DNA of 64,000 bases from Paludibacteraceae bacterium (GCA_045612525.1 JAZKZF010000023.1:14097-78096), one strand, 5' to 3'. Numbered from the stretch's first letter, positions 36,307 through 45,859 are shown. Numbers and translations are program-made. Notes: generated by a model not told the origin, from the letters alone.

Positions 36307-37382
36307 AAAAGCGTGTACTCATAGGCATGTCAGGTGGTATAGACTCTACCGTAGCAGCCATATTGCTGCAAGAACAAGGTTATGAACTAGTGGGCGCCAC
36401 CTTTCGTACGTTTGACTCGATGAAAGAATCTTGTCTGGCGAAGGAGAAAGGATGTTGCTCGGTGGAAAGCATCGTAGAGGCGCAGCGTATGGCAGCTAGT
36501 TTAGGATTTGAGCATCATATATTGGATTTTAGGGAAACATTTCGTGAGCATGTCATCAGTAATTTTATAGATGAATACAGTCATGGTAGAACCCCAAACC
36601 CATGCGTGCTGTGCAACTCGCATATCAAGTGGGGTAAACTGATGCAGGCAGCCACAGCATATAATTGCGACTATATTGCGACTGGGCACTACGCACAAAT
36701 TGCCACATACCGGGATCATGTATACCTGAAGAAGGCCGTAGATACGCATAAGGATCAAACGTATTTTCTCTGGATGCTCACCGAAGAAAATCTGCGCAAG
36801 ACGCTCTTTCCGCTGGGTGGATTGACCAAATCGGAAGTGCGTCAGATAGCACTGGATCATGGTTATGAAGCATTGAGCAAGAAAGCAGAGAGTCAAGAGA
36901 TATGCTTTGTACCGAATAATGATTATCGCGTGTTTCTTGCCGAGCAAGGTGTATCCATAGCATCAGGCAATTATATTGATGATTCAGGAAAGATTCTAGG
37001 TACGCATCAAGGGTATTGCAACTACACGATCGGTCAACGTAAAGGCTTGGGAATCGCATTGGGTAGTCCCAAATATGTCACGAAGATAGATGCGGTCAAA
37101 AATACCGTGACATTAGGTGATCATGATGCATTATATAGCCGCGAGGTGCTTGCTTGCGACATGCGCGTGCGTGATATGGAATGGTTGAAGGAGTCTCCTG
37201 CTATACAAGCTCGTATCCGCTATAAGTCGCCAGCGGTAGATGGTGTTGTGAGTATCATAGACGATGAACACCTACGCATAGCGTTCGATTCGCCGGTATG
37301 GGGTGTGACACCAGGTCAATCCTTGGTGATATACAAAGATGATTTGGTAGTAGGCGGTGGAATATTGACAACCGAGAGTTAA
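36303..37382 (+). CDS. mnmA: tRNA 2-thiouridine(34) synthase
   Basis: 359 aa with the PP-loop motif GMSGGIDS. There is a 4-nt overlap with mfd. Confidence 0.93.
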   Translation: MKKRVLIGMSGGIDSTVAAILLQEQGYELVGATFRTFDSMKESCLAKEKGCCSVESIVEAQRMAASLGFEHHILDFRETFREHVISNFIDEYSHGRTPNPCVLCNSHIKWGKLMQAATAYNCDYIATGHYAQIATYRDHVYLKKAVDTHKDQTYFLWMLTEENLRKTLFPLGGLTKSEVRQIALDHGYEALSKKAESQEICFVPNNDYRVFLAEQGVSIASGNYIDDSGKILGTHQGYCNYTIGQRKGLGIALGSPKYVTKIDAVKNTVTLGDHDALYSREVLACDMRVRDMEWLKESPAIQARIRYKSPAVDGVVSIIDDEHLRIAFDSPVWGVTPGQSLVIYKDDLVVGGGILTTES

Positions 37383-37398
37383 GAAGGAGATAATAGCG

Positions 37399-38259
37399 TT
37401 AGGTACGCTGGTGTTTCCATCGGTTGTGCGTCCACAACCATTGTGCAGGTTGCTGCAGGATATTGTCTTGAATCAAGCGTGCATACGTAAGTGTGATTTC
37501 ATTCTCAGGCAAAGCAGCGGGATTGTCCGTAATAAGCTCAAAATGAATGCGATAGTATCCACGTTGTGGTGATGTGATATTGGCATATACGACTCCAAGA
37601 TCAAACTTACGAGCTAGCACTTCGCCGCCATCTAGGAAGGCAGTGTCTTGATGGAGGAAAGTGGTCCAAGTGTGTGCATTGCGTGGTGAAGGTTTTTGGT
37701 CGGCTATCAAACCAATCACAAAGGGATGATTAGCATGGCGCAATTGTACCAACTTGCGCAAGAGTAGATTCTTCTCGACACATTCTCCACCTCGTTTGCT
37801 TCGCAAAAGTAACATAGCTTGATCCGCTTTAGTATTCTTTTGCTTGCGATAGACGTTGTATTCGACGATGGATGGGTCGGTGAATTGTTTGCCGACATCC
37901 GCAATCCACTCCCAGTTGCACATATGTCCAAGATAAGCAATCACTCCGTGCTTCTTACGCGCCAAATCCTCGAGCACAGACATATTCTCAAATACCACAC
38001 GCTCGCGCATTTCCTGGTCACTGATTCGGTAGCCATAGATGATCTCAACGAGTAAATCAGCAAAATGGTGGTAGAAAGCGTTGATTATGGCGCTGCGCTC
38101 GACCTCCGACTTCTCAGGGAAGGACAAAGCGATATTCTTACGAACCAATTTCAATCGATATCGCAGGACGTGCCTCACCAATGGATAGATGATATAATCC
38201 GCTAATAGATAGAGGATTGGCAGAGGTAGCAGACTGAATATGCGAATCAAAAGTAACAT
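37399..38259 (-). CDS. lysophospholipid / lipid A biosynthesis acyltransferase (LpxL/HtrB family)
   Basis: 286 aa with an N-terminal membrane anchor and family-typical length and sequence. Confidence 0.7.
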   Translation of the reverse strand: MLLLIRIFSLLPLPILYLLADYIIYPLVRHVLRYRLKLVRKNIALSFPEKSEVERSAIINAFYHHFADLLVEIIYGYRISDQEMRERVVFENMSVLEDLARKKHGVIAYLGHMCNWEWIADVGKQFTDPSIVEYNVYRKQKNTKADQAMLLLRSKRGGECVEKNLLLRKLVQLRHANHPFVIGLIADQKPSPRNAHTWTTFLHQDTAFLDGGEVLARKFDLGVVYANITSPQRGYYRIHFELITDNPAALPENEITLTYARLIQDNILQQPAQWLWTHNRWKHQRT

Positions 38260-38273
38260 TTTATTTATAAGGG

Positions 38274-38344
38274 TTTCCCACTAATAACACTGATTTTCAC
38301 TGATATTCCTTGTAATCCGTGTTCATCCGTGAAATCTGTGGGAA
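38274..38344. repeat. inverted-array element TTTCCCAC-(CACTGAT)n ... (ATCCGTG)n-GTGGGAA
   Basis: Read directly. A relative with the same TTTCCCACTGATT.CACTGATTT start lies at 47562-47615. Confidence 0.75.
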
Positions 38345-38355
38345 GCAATTAGTGT

Positions 38356-39201
38356 TTATAGAATCGTTGGCAAATAAACAAAGAGGAAATACGTCACTGG
38401 CACAGCTAGGAGCAAGCTATCAAAACGGTCCAACACACCGCCATGACCAGGCATGAACTTACCCGAATCTTTGACACCCAAAGTGCGCTTGAATAGGCTC
38501 TCCATCAAATCACCCAATGTACCAAAGGCACCTGCGAACAAAGCAAAGAACAAACTATTACTCAAGGTCATATCACCCATCCATCCTACACGGAAGAACA
38601 CGTAACCTGCTATCAAATCAAATACAAATCCGCCTATCAATCCTTCCCACGATTTGGCAGGGCTCACACGAGGAAACATCTTGTGATTACCACCCTTGCG
38701 CTTTGCCATTAGGCTGCCCACGATATACGCACCGCTATCATTCACCCATAGCAAAATAAATAGTGCCAACATCAGCCATTTGCTGTGCATCAAGACACCA
38801 TTCATCAAGGCAAAAGGCAAAGCTATCATCAGTTGTCCAGCACAAAGATTGCCCCAGGAATGAATAGGCTGTACCTGTGGACGGAAGAGGTGGGTGATTA
38901 GGGCAAGCAGCATGACAGCTACATATGCCACCAGCAAACCACGCCAAATCCAATCGCCAAAGAAGAGGAAATACAACGTACTATACAGCAGTGCATTCGA
39001 TATCATGGCATAGGTCATTGTCTTGATATCAGAACCCACCAATGCATGAAATTCACGCACAGCTAACGTGCTGACTATCATAAACAATATGCCAAAAAGC
39101 AAAGGATGTCCGCCAAAGCAAAGAGGTTGTACTAAGATGGAGCCAATAACCAATCCGGCATAGACAATGGCAGAGAGGGTTCGAGTGATGAAATTATTCA
39201 T
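38356..39201 (-). CDS. cdsA: phosphatidate cytidylyltransferase
   Basis: 281 aa with the signature SLFKRTLGVKDSGKFMPGHGGVLDRFDS. Confidence 0.92.
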   Translation of the reverse strand: MNNFITRTLSAIVYAGLVIGSILVQPLCFGGHPLLFGILFMIVSTLAVREFHALVGSDIKTMTYAMISNALLYSTLYFLFFGDWIWRGLLVAYVAVMLLALITHLFRPQVQPIHSWGNLCAGQLMIALPFALMNGVLMHSKWLMLALFILLWVNDSGAYIVGSLMAKRKGGNHKMFPRVSPAKSWEGLIGGFVFDLIAGYVFFRVGWMGDMTLSNSLFFALFAGAFGTLGDLMESLFKRTLGVKDSGKFMPGHGGVLDRFDSLLLAVPVTYFLFVYLPTIL

Positions 39202-39228
39202 GTTCGTATTTTTTTACTAAATAATTTG

Positions 39229-39236
39229 CAAAGGTA
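39229..39236 (-). promoter_or_regulatory. -7 promoter box TACCTTTG for cdsA
   Basis: The plus strand reads CAAAGGTA, 28 nt upstream of the start. Confidence 0.55.
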
Positions 39237-39248
39237 GCAAAAAAATCG

Positions 39249-39256
39249 TAACTTTG
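39249..39256 (+). promoter_or_regulatory. -7 promoter box TAACTTTG for the 117-aa acidic protein gene
   Basis: An exact match lies 31 nt upstream of the ATG at 39287. Confidence 0.55.
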
Positions 39257-39286
39257 CAAACAATTTAACAAAAACATATCATTATT

Positions 39287-39640
39287 ATGGCAAATTCGAA
39301 TATTGAACTCAGTTTGATGGATGCTGAGGAGAGAGAACAATTGGAGTATATCTGGAATCTTATTCCAGCAGAAGATCGCGAAGGAATGACCCAAGCAGAT
39401 GTACTAATGGTACTAGATTTGATGGACGATTATCTCGTATCACAGGGCTTGCTGCAAGAAGAGGACAATAGCGACGAAGTCACCTACTTGGAAGGCGAAA
39501 TAGACGAAACAGAGCAACTCAATTACCTCATCGAGCATACCAAAACATTAGGACGTCCATTAACAAGCGAACAATTGCAACTCATCATGGATGGCGAATT
39601 GCAGTTTGGTATCGAACAAGGATACTACGAAGAAGAATAA
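39287..39640 (+). CDS. hypothetical acidic protein
   Basis: 117 aa and strongly acidic. It has its own promoter box, and I recognised no family. Confidence 0.5.
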   Translation: MANSNIELSLMDAEEREQLEYIWNLIPAEDREGMTQADVLMVLDLMDDYLVSQGLLQEEDNSDEVTYLEGEIDETEQLNYLIEHTKTLGRPLTSEQLQLIMDGELQFGIEQGYYEEE

Positions 39641-39646
39641 GGCACA

Positions 39647-40219
39647 TTAGCCCTGTTGGGCGATGGTCAATACATAACGGTGATTCGCATTGTCAAATGA
39701 TGTGAATCGGGTGTTAGGTGTAGCAGAAAGCACCTCATGCAAGTCAGAGATGATACCTGTGGCTTGCATTTTTAGTACCGCCTCCTTTTGTGTCCATAGG
39801 CGTGTGAATGCCCAATCTGGATCATCGGATGATAGGATAGCTGCTTGCTCAGAAGCATTCATGGTCTTGTGCATCAACGCCTCCTTAAATGGGCGCACCG
39901 ACTCAATATCAATGCCTATTGGTTGGATATCCACAGCCACCGCAATACCCTCTTTGCAATGCGAGATGGAGAAATATGGTCCGCCCTGAATAGACGGCGC
40001 ACCATATTCATTATAATCAAAGACTGGCTGCTGAATATCGCTCCCCCACTCTCTCAGCAATTCGCATAAGAGTTCGTAAGACTTTAAGCAGCAGTATTGA
40101 CCAAAGAGATGTGAAAAACGCAATGCTTGTTCGCGTCGTTGATCAGATACCAAAGGCAGCAGACGAGCCACCTCCTCTGCCGTACACTGCTCCATATCAT
40201 CGAAGATGCGATAAATCAT
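39647..40219 (-). CDS. 4'-phosphopantetheinyl transferase (Sfp type)
   Basis: Motifs GIDIE and WTQKEAVLK are present. I trimmed the start to MIYRIFDD (40219) so it does not overlap the upstream SDR gene. Confidence 0.72.
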   Translation of the reverse strand: MIYRIFDDMEQCTAEEVARLLPLVSDQRREQALRFSHLFGQYCCLKSYELLCELLREWGSDIQQPVFDYNEYGAPSIQGGPYFSISHCKEGIAVAVDIQPIGIDIESVRPFKEALMHKTMNASEQAAILSSDDPDWAFTRLWTQKEAVLKMQATGIISDLHEVLSATPNTRFTSFDNANHRYVLTIAQQG

Positions 40220-40242
40220 TGATTGGTAAGGCGTTGAGGATT

Positions 40243-41010
40243 TTAGAATATTCCTAATTTGCGAATCAGGCGCAGCAAGCATGTTGGTATCAGTGCCACA
40301 AAAAAGAGCAAGATATGATTCCACAACGCAGGCACCGTCACCTTAGCACGCCCACGAAACATGGCATTCACACCACGGCGCGCCAAATGTTCGGGAGAAA
40401 CAATATACCCCATCACTAAGCCCATCTTAGTCAGCCAACCACGTATATTATACAAGCCCGTATTCACGGCTCCTGGACTGACATTGGTGATAATCACCCC
40501 ATGATTTTTCATCTCAATATGGGTAGAACGCGTGAAGTTTTGCAAGAACGCTTTGGTGGCACCATAGGTACCCAGTCGCTGTACGGCTATGCTGGCTGTG
40601 ATGGAGCACATATTCAGCACATATCCCTTGCCACGATGCTTCATGTCTTTTGCAAAATAATACTGCAACATAGCAGGGGTGACCATATGCAGATTCAGAA
40701 TCAGCATATTGAATCTTTCGGAATCGTCCAAGAAGTCACAATCGTGATACACCCCCGCATTGTTGATTAGCACTTCCACTTCAATGCCTTGCGCATGGCA
40801 GTAGTCGTATAATTCCTTGGCTGCCTGCTGACGTCCTAAGTCCATCACTAGCGACAGTACTTGTACTGCATAGGCAGCTCGTAATGCCTCTGCACGCTCA
40901 TGTATCGCCTCCTCATTGCTGACGATAAGCAAATCATATCCCCTTTGCGCCATCACATGCGCATATTGCAATCCTATGCCCGAACTGGCACCTGTAATCA
41001 ATGCAAACAT
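40243..41010 (-). CDS. short-chain dehydrogenase/reductase
   Basis: Motifs TGASSGIG and YGATK are present. I trimmed the start to MFALITGASSGIG (41010). Confidence 0.82.
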   Translation of the reverse strand: MFALITGASSGIGLQYAHVMAQRGYDLLIVSNEEAIHERAEALRAAYAVQVLSLVMDLGRQQAAKELYDYCHAQGIEVEVLINNAGVYHDCDFLDDSERFNMLILNLHMVTPAMLQYYFAKDMKHRGKGYVLNMCSITASIAVQRLGTYGATKAFLQNFTRSTHIEMKNHGVIITNVSPGAVNTGLYNIRGWLTKMGLVMGYIVSPEHLARRGVNAMFRGRAKVTVPALWNHILLFFVALIPTCLLRLIRKLGIF

Positions 41011-41030
41011 ATGTAATTTTGATTTTTGAA

Positions 41031-42692
41031 TTACGAACAAAAAAACAATACCAATAATTGCCCTCCCATCACGCGCAGGAACATGGTGAGCGGATAGACC
41101 GTGGCATAGACCACCGACGCTTGGTCGTTGTGCGATGAAAGACTCTCAGCGTAGCCTAATGCTGGGGCACCAGTCATAGCACCTATCAGCAGACCTACCA
41201 CCTTAAAGAAGTTGATTTTCATACCCTTATAAGCAATAAAACCTACGACTACGAGCGGTATCATGGTAATCAACACACCATACACCACCCACATATAGCC
41301 TCCATCCAAAATGGTATTCACGAAGCCATCACCTACACTCAAACCCACCGCAGCCAAAAACAACGTCAAACCCACCTGACGCAACATCATATTGGCACTC
41401 GTCGTGGCAAAAGTCACCATACTATAATATGGGCCGAAGCGACCAATCAGCAACGCCACAATCAGCGAGCCACCTGCCAAACCCAACTTGAAGGACTGGT
41501 TCATACCTGGTATCGCTATTGGCAAAGACCCCAGCAACACACCCAAGAAGATACCGAAGAAGATGGGCATCAGATTAGGCAAATCCAAACGCTTGAGCTC
41601 ATTACCAAACATCTCCGCCACATGGCGCACATCATCCCGATCGCCGACGACCATGATGCGATCGCCAAGTTGCAATACGAAATCGGGTGTTGCCAGCAAC
41701 TCCACACCCGCACGATTGATACGTGTGATGGTGGCATGATAGCGATGGCGGACATCAAAACTGCTCAAACGCTTACCATTGCACTCCGTGCGAGTGACTA
41801 CCACACGGCGAGAAATCAAATGGTCGGAGCGCTCACGACCACGAAAGCCATAATGAGTCATCTCGCCTAAGACTTGTAAATCCTTCTCATGGCGCTTATC
41901 ACTCACGATGCGAATCACATCATTAGGGTACAATACGGTAGTCGCATCTACCAATTCATCTCGTCCATCCTCATGCGTTACGCGGCTGACTAACATCTTA
42001 TCCACGGGGCAAAGGTCATGCAGTTCCTTCAGTGTGATTGCATGATCTATCATCAAACGAATATCCACACAGATTGGATCATCATCCGACACATGCTCTT
42101 GGCGTAACTTCTCATCTTCTTGACGCAAGTTAACACGACAACAAAAACGAATCAACTCAAAGGAGAGTATCAAGCCGACTATACTCAAAGGATATGCCAA
42201 TGCATAACCCATAGCAATATCGGGTGATACCTCACCTAACAAATCTGCTGCTGTCTGCTGCACGGCACCCAAGGATGGCGTATTCATTACCGCACCCGAC
42301 ATGATACCAGCCATGGTAGTCATCTCGATGCCTGTGAGATAATGCAATGCGATTGCTATGCCACAGCCTAATAGTACAATAGTAACTGCTAGGAGATTCA
42401 ATCGCAAGCCATTTTTGCCAAAGGGAGCGAAGGATGGTCCCACCTGTAAACCAATGGAATAGACAAACAATATCAATCCAAAATTCTTTGCAAAATGGCT
42501 GACTTGCGGATCAATTGAAATGCCAAAAGAAGAAAGGATGATTCCAACAAATAGTATCCATGTGATACCCAACGAGAAGTTCTTAATACGCAAATGCTCG
42601 CCTGCCCACAGACCAAGGCATACAGTCAGCGTTAGTAGCACAATGGATTGTGTCACTGAAGGTGTCAAAAATAATTCTCGTATGTATTCCAT
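41031..42692 (-). CDS. YidE/YbjL/AspT-type transporter with two RCK_C (TrkA-C) domains
   Basis: 553 aa. Two polytopic halves flank a soluble region of about 170 aa with duplicated RCK_C-like segments. Confidence 0.75.
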   Translation of the reverse strand: MEYIRELFLTPSVTQSIVLLTLTVCLGLWAGEHLRIKNFSLGITWILFVGIILSSFGISIDPQVSHFAKNFGLILFVYSIGLQVGPSFAPFGKNGLRLNLLAVTIVLLGCGIAIALHYLTGIEMTTMAGIMSGAVMNTPSLGAVQQTAADLLGEVSPDIAMGYALAYPLSIVGLILSFELIRFCCRVNLRQEDEKLRQEHVSDDDPICVDIRLMIDHAITLKELHDLCPVDKMLVSRVTHEDGRDELVDATTVLYPNDVIRIVSDKRHEKDLQVLGEMTHYGFRGRERSDHLISRRVVVTRTECNGKRLSSFDVRHRYHATITRINRAGVELLATPDFVLQLGDRIMVVGDRDDVRHVAEMFGNELKRLDLPNLMPIFFGIFLGVLLGSLPIAIPGMNQSFKLGLAGGSLIVALLIGRFGPYYSMVTFATTSANMMLRQVGLTLFLAAVGLSVGDGFVNTILDGGYMWVVYGVLITMIPLVVVGFIAYKGMKINFFKVVGLLIGAMTGAPALGYAESLSSHNDQASVVYATVYPLTMFLRVMGGQLLVLFFCS

Positions 42693-42694
42693 AT

Positions 42695-42750
42695 TTGGTG
42701 TTTAGTGAACGCCCTGCGGGCTACTGTTTAGTGTTTAGTGATTTGATTAG
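42695..42750. repeat. GTTTAGTG array / GCCCTGCGGGC hairpin / GTTTAGTG array
   Basis: It spans the whole 28-nt spacer and the last codons of cinA. The TAG stop is the CTA at 42721-42723. Confidence 0.8.
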
Positions 42751-43980
42751 TTCTACCAACGCCGCAGTGACTGCACGCTGGGTGATTTGTTCACGCTCGC
42801 GGGCTACGCCAAAATGAAAACATTTGGCTATTGTACCCTCAGGCATTGCCCATGCTATCCACACTGTACCTACTGGCTTTTCGGCAGTACCTCCTGTAGG
42901 GCCTGCAATACCAGAGGTCGCTATGGCATAATCGGTGCGCATTAGATTGCGAACACCCTCCGCCATCTGGCGAACAGTTTGTTCGCTTACTGCGCCATGC
43001 TCCACCAATGTATCATGCTTCACACCCAGCACTTGCTCTTTGATACGATTATCATAGGCCACTACCGAACCCATGTAATATGCCGAGGAGCCCGACTGGG
43101 CATTCAGCGCAGCTGCCATGCGGCCGCCTGTGCAACTCTCTGCGGTGGCAATCGTTTGCTGACGTTCTTTGAGCAGATTGCCTAAGATCGTTTCTAGAGG
43201 CAAGTCTTCGGTGGCAATCAGGTAATCTGCTATTAGTGGCATGAGCGCGGCTAATTGCCTTTCTATATCTTCGTTGGTTGCTTCGCCATAGCTGCTCAAT
43301 CGCAAGCGAATAATGCCATCTTTGGGCAAGTATGCCAAGTGCATGGTTGTAGGTAAAGCATTCTCCCAGTCTTCAATCAGAATAGCCAAGGTGGACTCTG
43401 CTATACCATAGAGCATCCAGGTGCGATGAATAATTTCCCCTTGTTTCTTAATGATTTTTTCTTTTAGAAAAGGCATCACCTGCTCTGTCATCGCAATCTT
43501 CATCTCATGTGGTACACCAGGCATTGCAATGAGTGTTTTGGGCTGATAATCAATTTCTTTTTGGAAAACCATAATCGGTGCACTACCTACTCTATTGGTC
43601 AAAATCTTCGCACTCTCAGGGACGAGCCATTGGGTAGCGGTCAAGCGATTGAGTACATCGGGGCGCCCCTTATATAACTCATGTATGTGCTCACGCACGA
43701 GCGAGTCTTCCACTAAGGTAGTGTTAAAATACTCACACATCACATGTTTGGTGATATCATCTTTAGTGGGGCCCAAGCCACCAGTAGTCAGCACAATATC
43801 AGCACGAGAGAAGGCCTCATCCAAGGCCTGGAGGATATGTGCACGGTCATCATGTACAGATGTAATCTGATACAATTCAATTCCCGCCTCATTAAGCCGC
43901 TGTGCCATCCAAGCAGAATTGGTATCGACAACCTGTCCTATCAGCAGTTCGTCGCCAATGGTAATTATTTCTGCGCGCAT
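42721..43980 (-). CDS. cinA: competence/damage-inducible protein CinA (MoCF-binding domain plus nicotinamide-nucleotide amidase PncC domain)
   Basis: The N-terminus is MRAEIITIGDELLIGQVVDTNS and a C-terminal PncC-like domain is present. Start choice is 43980 against 43992. Confidence 0.88.
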   Translation of the reverse strand: MRAEIITIGDELLIGQVVDTNSAWMAQRLNEAGIELYQITSVHDDRAHILQALDEAFSRADIVLTTGGLGPTKDDITKHVMCEYFNTTLVEDSLVREHIHELYKGRPDVLNRLTATQWLVPESAKILTNRVGSAPIMVFQKEIDYQPKTLIAMPGVPHEMKIAMTEQVMPFLKEKIIKKQGEIIHRTWMLYGIAESTLAILIEDWENALPTTMHLAYLPKDGIIRLRLSSYGEATNEDIERQLAALMPLIADYLIATEDLPLETILGNLLKERQQTIATAESCTGGRMAAALNAQSGSSAYYMGSVVAYDNRIKEQVLGVKHDTLVEHGAVSEQTVRQMAEGVRNLMRTDYAIATSGIAGPTGGTAEKPVGTVWIAWAMPEGTIAKCFHFGVAREREQITQRAVTAALVELIKSLNTKQ

Positions 43981-44549
43981 TGCTTCTTCCACTCTTCAGC
44001 AGTTAGACATAATTCATCGTACCATTCTTGACCGAAACGACGGACAAGTGGTTCTTTAAGAAACTGATAGATAGGTAGATGGAGTTTCTTTCCTAACACA
44101 CGCGCACAATGGCAAATATCCCAGCGATGGTACTCCACGCCGATCATATCGCCCACTTGATTGAGGCGAATAGGATATAGATGACAAGAGATGGGTTTCT
44201 TGAAATCAATTTTACCTGCGTTGTATGCTTTCTCTATCAGGCAGTAGCACCAACCATTATGGTCGGTACGAGCAAAGACACAGTCTTTGTCATTCACAAT
44301 CGAAGTGACTTTCTCGCCCGAAGGATCGAGATACGATAATCCTTGCGCTTCCACTACGGCACGTGCTTCTTTGGTCATGTCGGGGAGGATGATTGGTAGA
44401 ATCTCGCGTATTTTCTCCTCTTCTTCATCCGTCAACGGAGCACCTGCATCCCCTTCGATACAGCAGCAGCCACGACATTTATCCAAGTCGCAGCAAAACT
44501 CTTTCTCTAAGACATCTAAGCTGACTAAGGTATTTTGAATCAAGAACAT
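43965..44549 (-). CDS. DUF3109 family Cys-rich protein
   Basis: 194 aa. The N-terminal pattern LDVLEKEFCCDLDKCRGCCCIEGDAGAPL is as I remember for this Bacteroidota family. Confidence 0.65.
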   Translation of the reverse strand: MFLIQNTLVSLDVLEKEFCCDLDKCRGCCCIEGDAGAPLTDEEEEKIREILPIILPDMTKEARAVVEAQGLSYLDPSGEKVTSIVNDKDCVFARTDHNGWCYCLIEKAYNAGKIDFKKPISCHLYPIRLNQVGDMIGVEYHRWDICHCARVLGKKLHLPIYQFLKEPLVRRFGQEWYDELCLTAEEWKKQCAQK

Positions 44550-45109
44550 AAACCTTCAATAAAAATTTTCACGCCAATAAGAATTAGTATAACTCCTCCA
44601 AGGATATTCACGTTTATACGCAAACGTGTGCCGACTAAATGACCTATCACGAAGCCAGTCATAGAAAACAGGAAACAAGTGGCTGCAATCACGCCTACCG
44701 CCAACCACAAGACCTCAGGATAAGGGATAAAAATCACACCCGTAGCCAACGTATCCATCGACGTTGCAAATGCCAAGGACAATAACCCTAAGAAAGAGAA
44801 ATCAGCCAAGTGCGTTTCATCATCTTCGCCTTTGAGTGACTCGTAGATCATCTTTCCACCAATAAAACCAAGTAGGGCGAGGGCTATCCATGGGGCAAAA
44901 CGCTCAAAGAACGATGCAAACAGACTGCCCGCGAAATAGCCAATGAGGGGCATGCCCGCGTGAAAAACGCCAAAGAGCAATGCCATTAGCATCGGTTTGA
45001 TGTAGCGTGGCACATAGCCATGTGGCGAGGTCAGTCCCTTACAAACAGAGACAGCAAAGCAATCCATAGCTAAGCCAATGGCAAGAAGTATTATTGTAAG
45101 TATTGACAT
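44540..45109 (-). CDS. mntP: manganese efflux pump MntP
   Basis: 189 aa with 6 TM helices, the motif LAMDCFAVS and a repeated half. Confidence 0.85.
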   Translation of the reverse strand: MSILTIILLAIGLAMDCFAVSVCKGLTSPHGYVPRYIKPMLMALLFGVFHAGMPLIGYFAGSLFASFFERFAPWIALALLGFIGGKMIYESLKGEDDETHLADFSFLGLLSLAFATSMDTLATGVIFIPYPEVLWLAVGVIAATCFLFSMTGFVIGHLVGTRLRINVNILGGVILILIGVKIFIEGLCS

Positions 45110-45114
45110 ACTTT

Positions 45115-45185
45115 GTGTTTAGTGAACGCTGCGCTACTGTTTAGTGTTTAGTGAACGCTGCGCTACTGTTTAGTGTTTAGCGTTT
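45115..45185. repeat. 29-nt unit GTGTTTAGTGAACGCTGCGCTACTGTTTA x2 plus a partial third
   Basis: Read directly. It belongs to the same family as 42695-42750, contains the def stop codon (45177-45179) and ends 5 nt from the mntP start. Confidence 0.9.
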
Positions 45186-45725
45186 GGTGCGATAGCGAGC
45201 GGAAACTTTGCCTTTGGCAATGTTGGTGAGTTTGGTTTTGACAAACTGGCGGCGTATAGGTGAGATACGATCGGTAAAGACGTGTCCCTCGAGATGGTCG
45301 TACTCGTGTTGGATAATACGTGCTGCAAAACCATCGTAGGTTTCCGTATGCTCGGTGAAATTCTCGTCCATATAGCGAATGGTGATGCTGGCAGGGCGAA
45401 TCACATTCTCCGAGATACCAGGTAGTGACAAGCATCCCTCAGAGAATGTGTTATCCTCTTCGCTCTCCTCAATAATCTCAGGATTGATAAACACTTTCTT
45501 AAAGTCCTGACACTCAGGATAATCCTCTGCCAGTTCGGTTCCATCTACAATGAAAAGACGAATGGCTTTGCCAATTTGTGGTGCAGCAAGTCCGCATCCC
45601 TCAGCTACAGCGAGTGTTTCCCACATATCAGCAAGCAGTTGCTTCAAATCCAATGACTCAGGCGTAATGTCCTCTGTGGGTTTACGCAATACGGGTTGTC
45701 CGTATAAATATATAGGTAAAATCAT
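45177..45725 (-). CDS. def: peptide deformylase
   Basis: 182 aa with motifs GLAAPQIG, EGCLSLPG and QHEYDHLEG. Confidence 0.95.
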   Translation of the reverse strand: MILPIYLYGQPVLRKPTEDITPESLDLKQLLADMWETLAVAEGCGLAAPQIGKAIRLFIVDGTELAEDYPECQDFKKVFINPEIIEESEEDNTFSEGCLSLPGISENVIRPASITIRYMDENFTEHTETYDGFAARIIQHEYDHLEGHVFTDRISPIRRQFVKTKLTNIAKGKVSARYRTKR

Positions 45726-45785
45726 TTTAATTTACAGTTAGACTCTTTACTATCTCTGGCGAAAAGGTAGCGCAAAGGGTAAGGA

Positions 45786-45851
45786 ATAGTGCGTGTATTG
45801 TGCGTGTATTGTGCGTGTATTGTGCGTGAATAGTGCGTGAATAGTGCGTGA
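45786..45851. repeat. six tandem 11-mers (ATAGTGCGTGT, ATTGTGCGTGT x2, ATTGTGCGTGA, ATAGTGCGTGA x2)
   Basis: Counted directly. It lies between the ruvX stop and the def start. Confidence 0.9.
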
Positions 45852-45859
45852 TTGATAGG

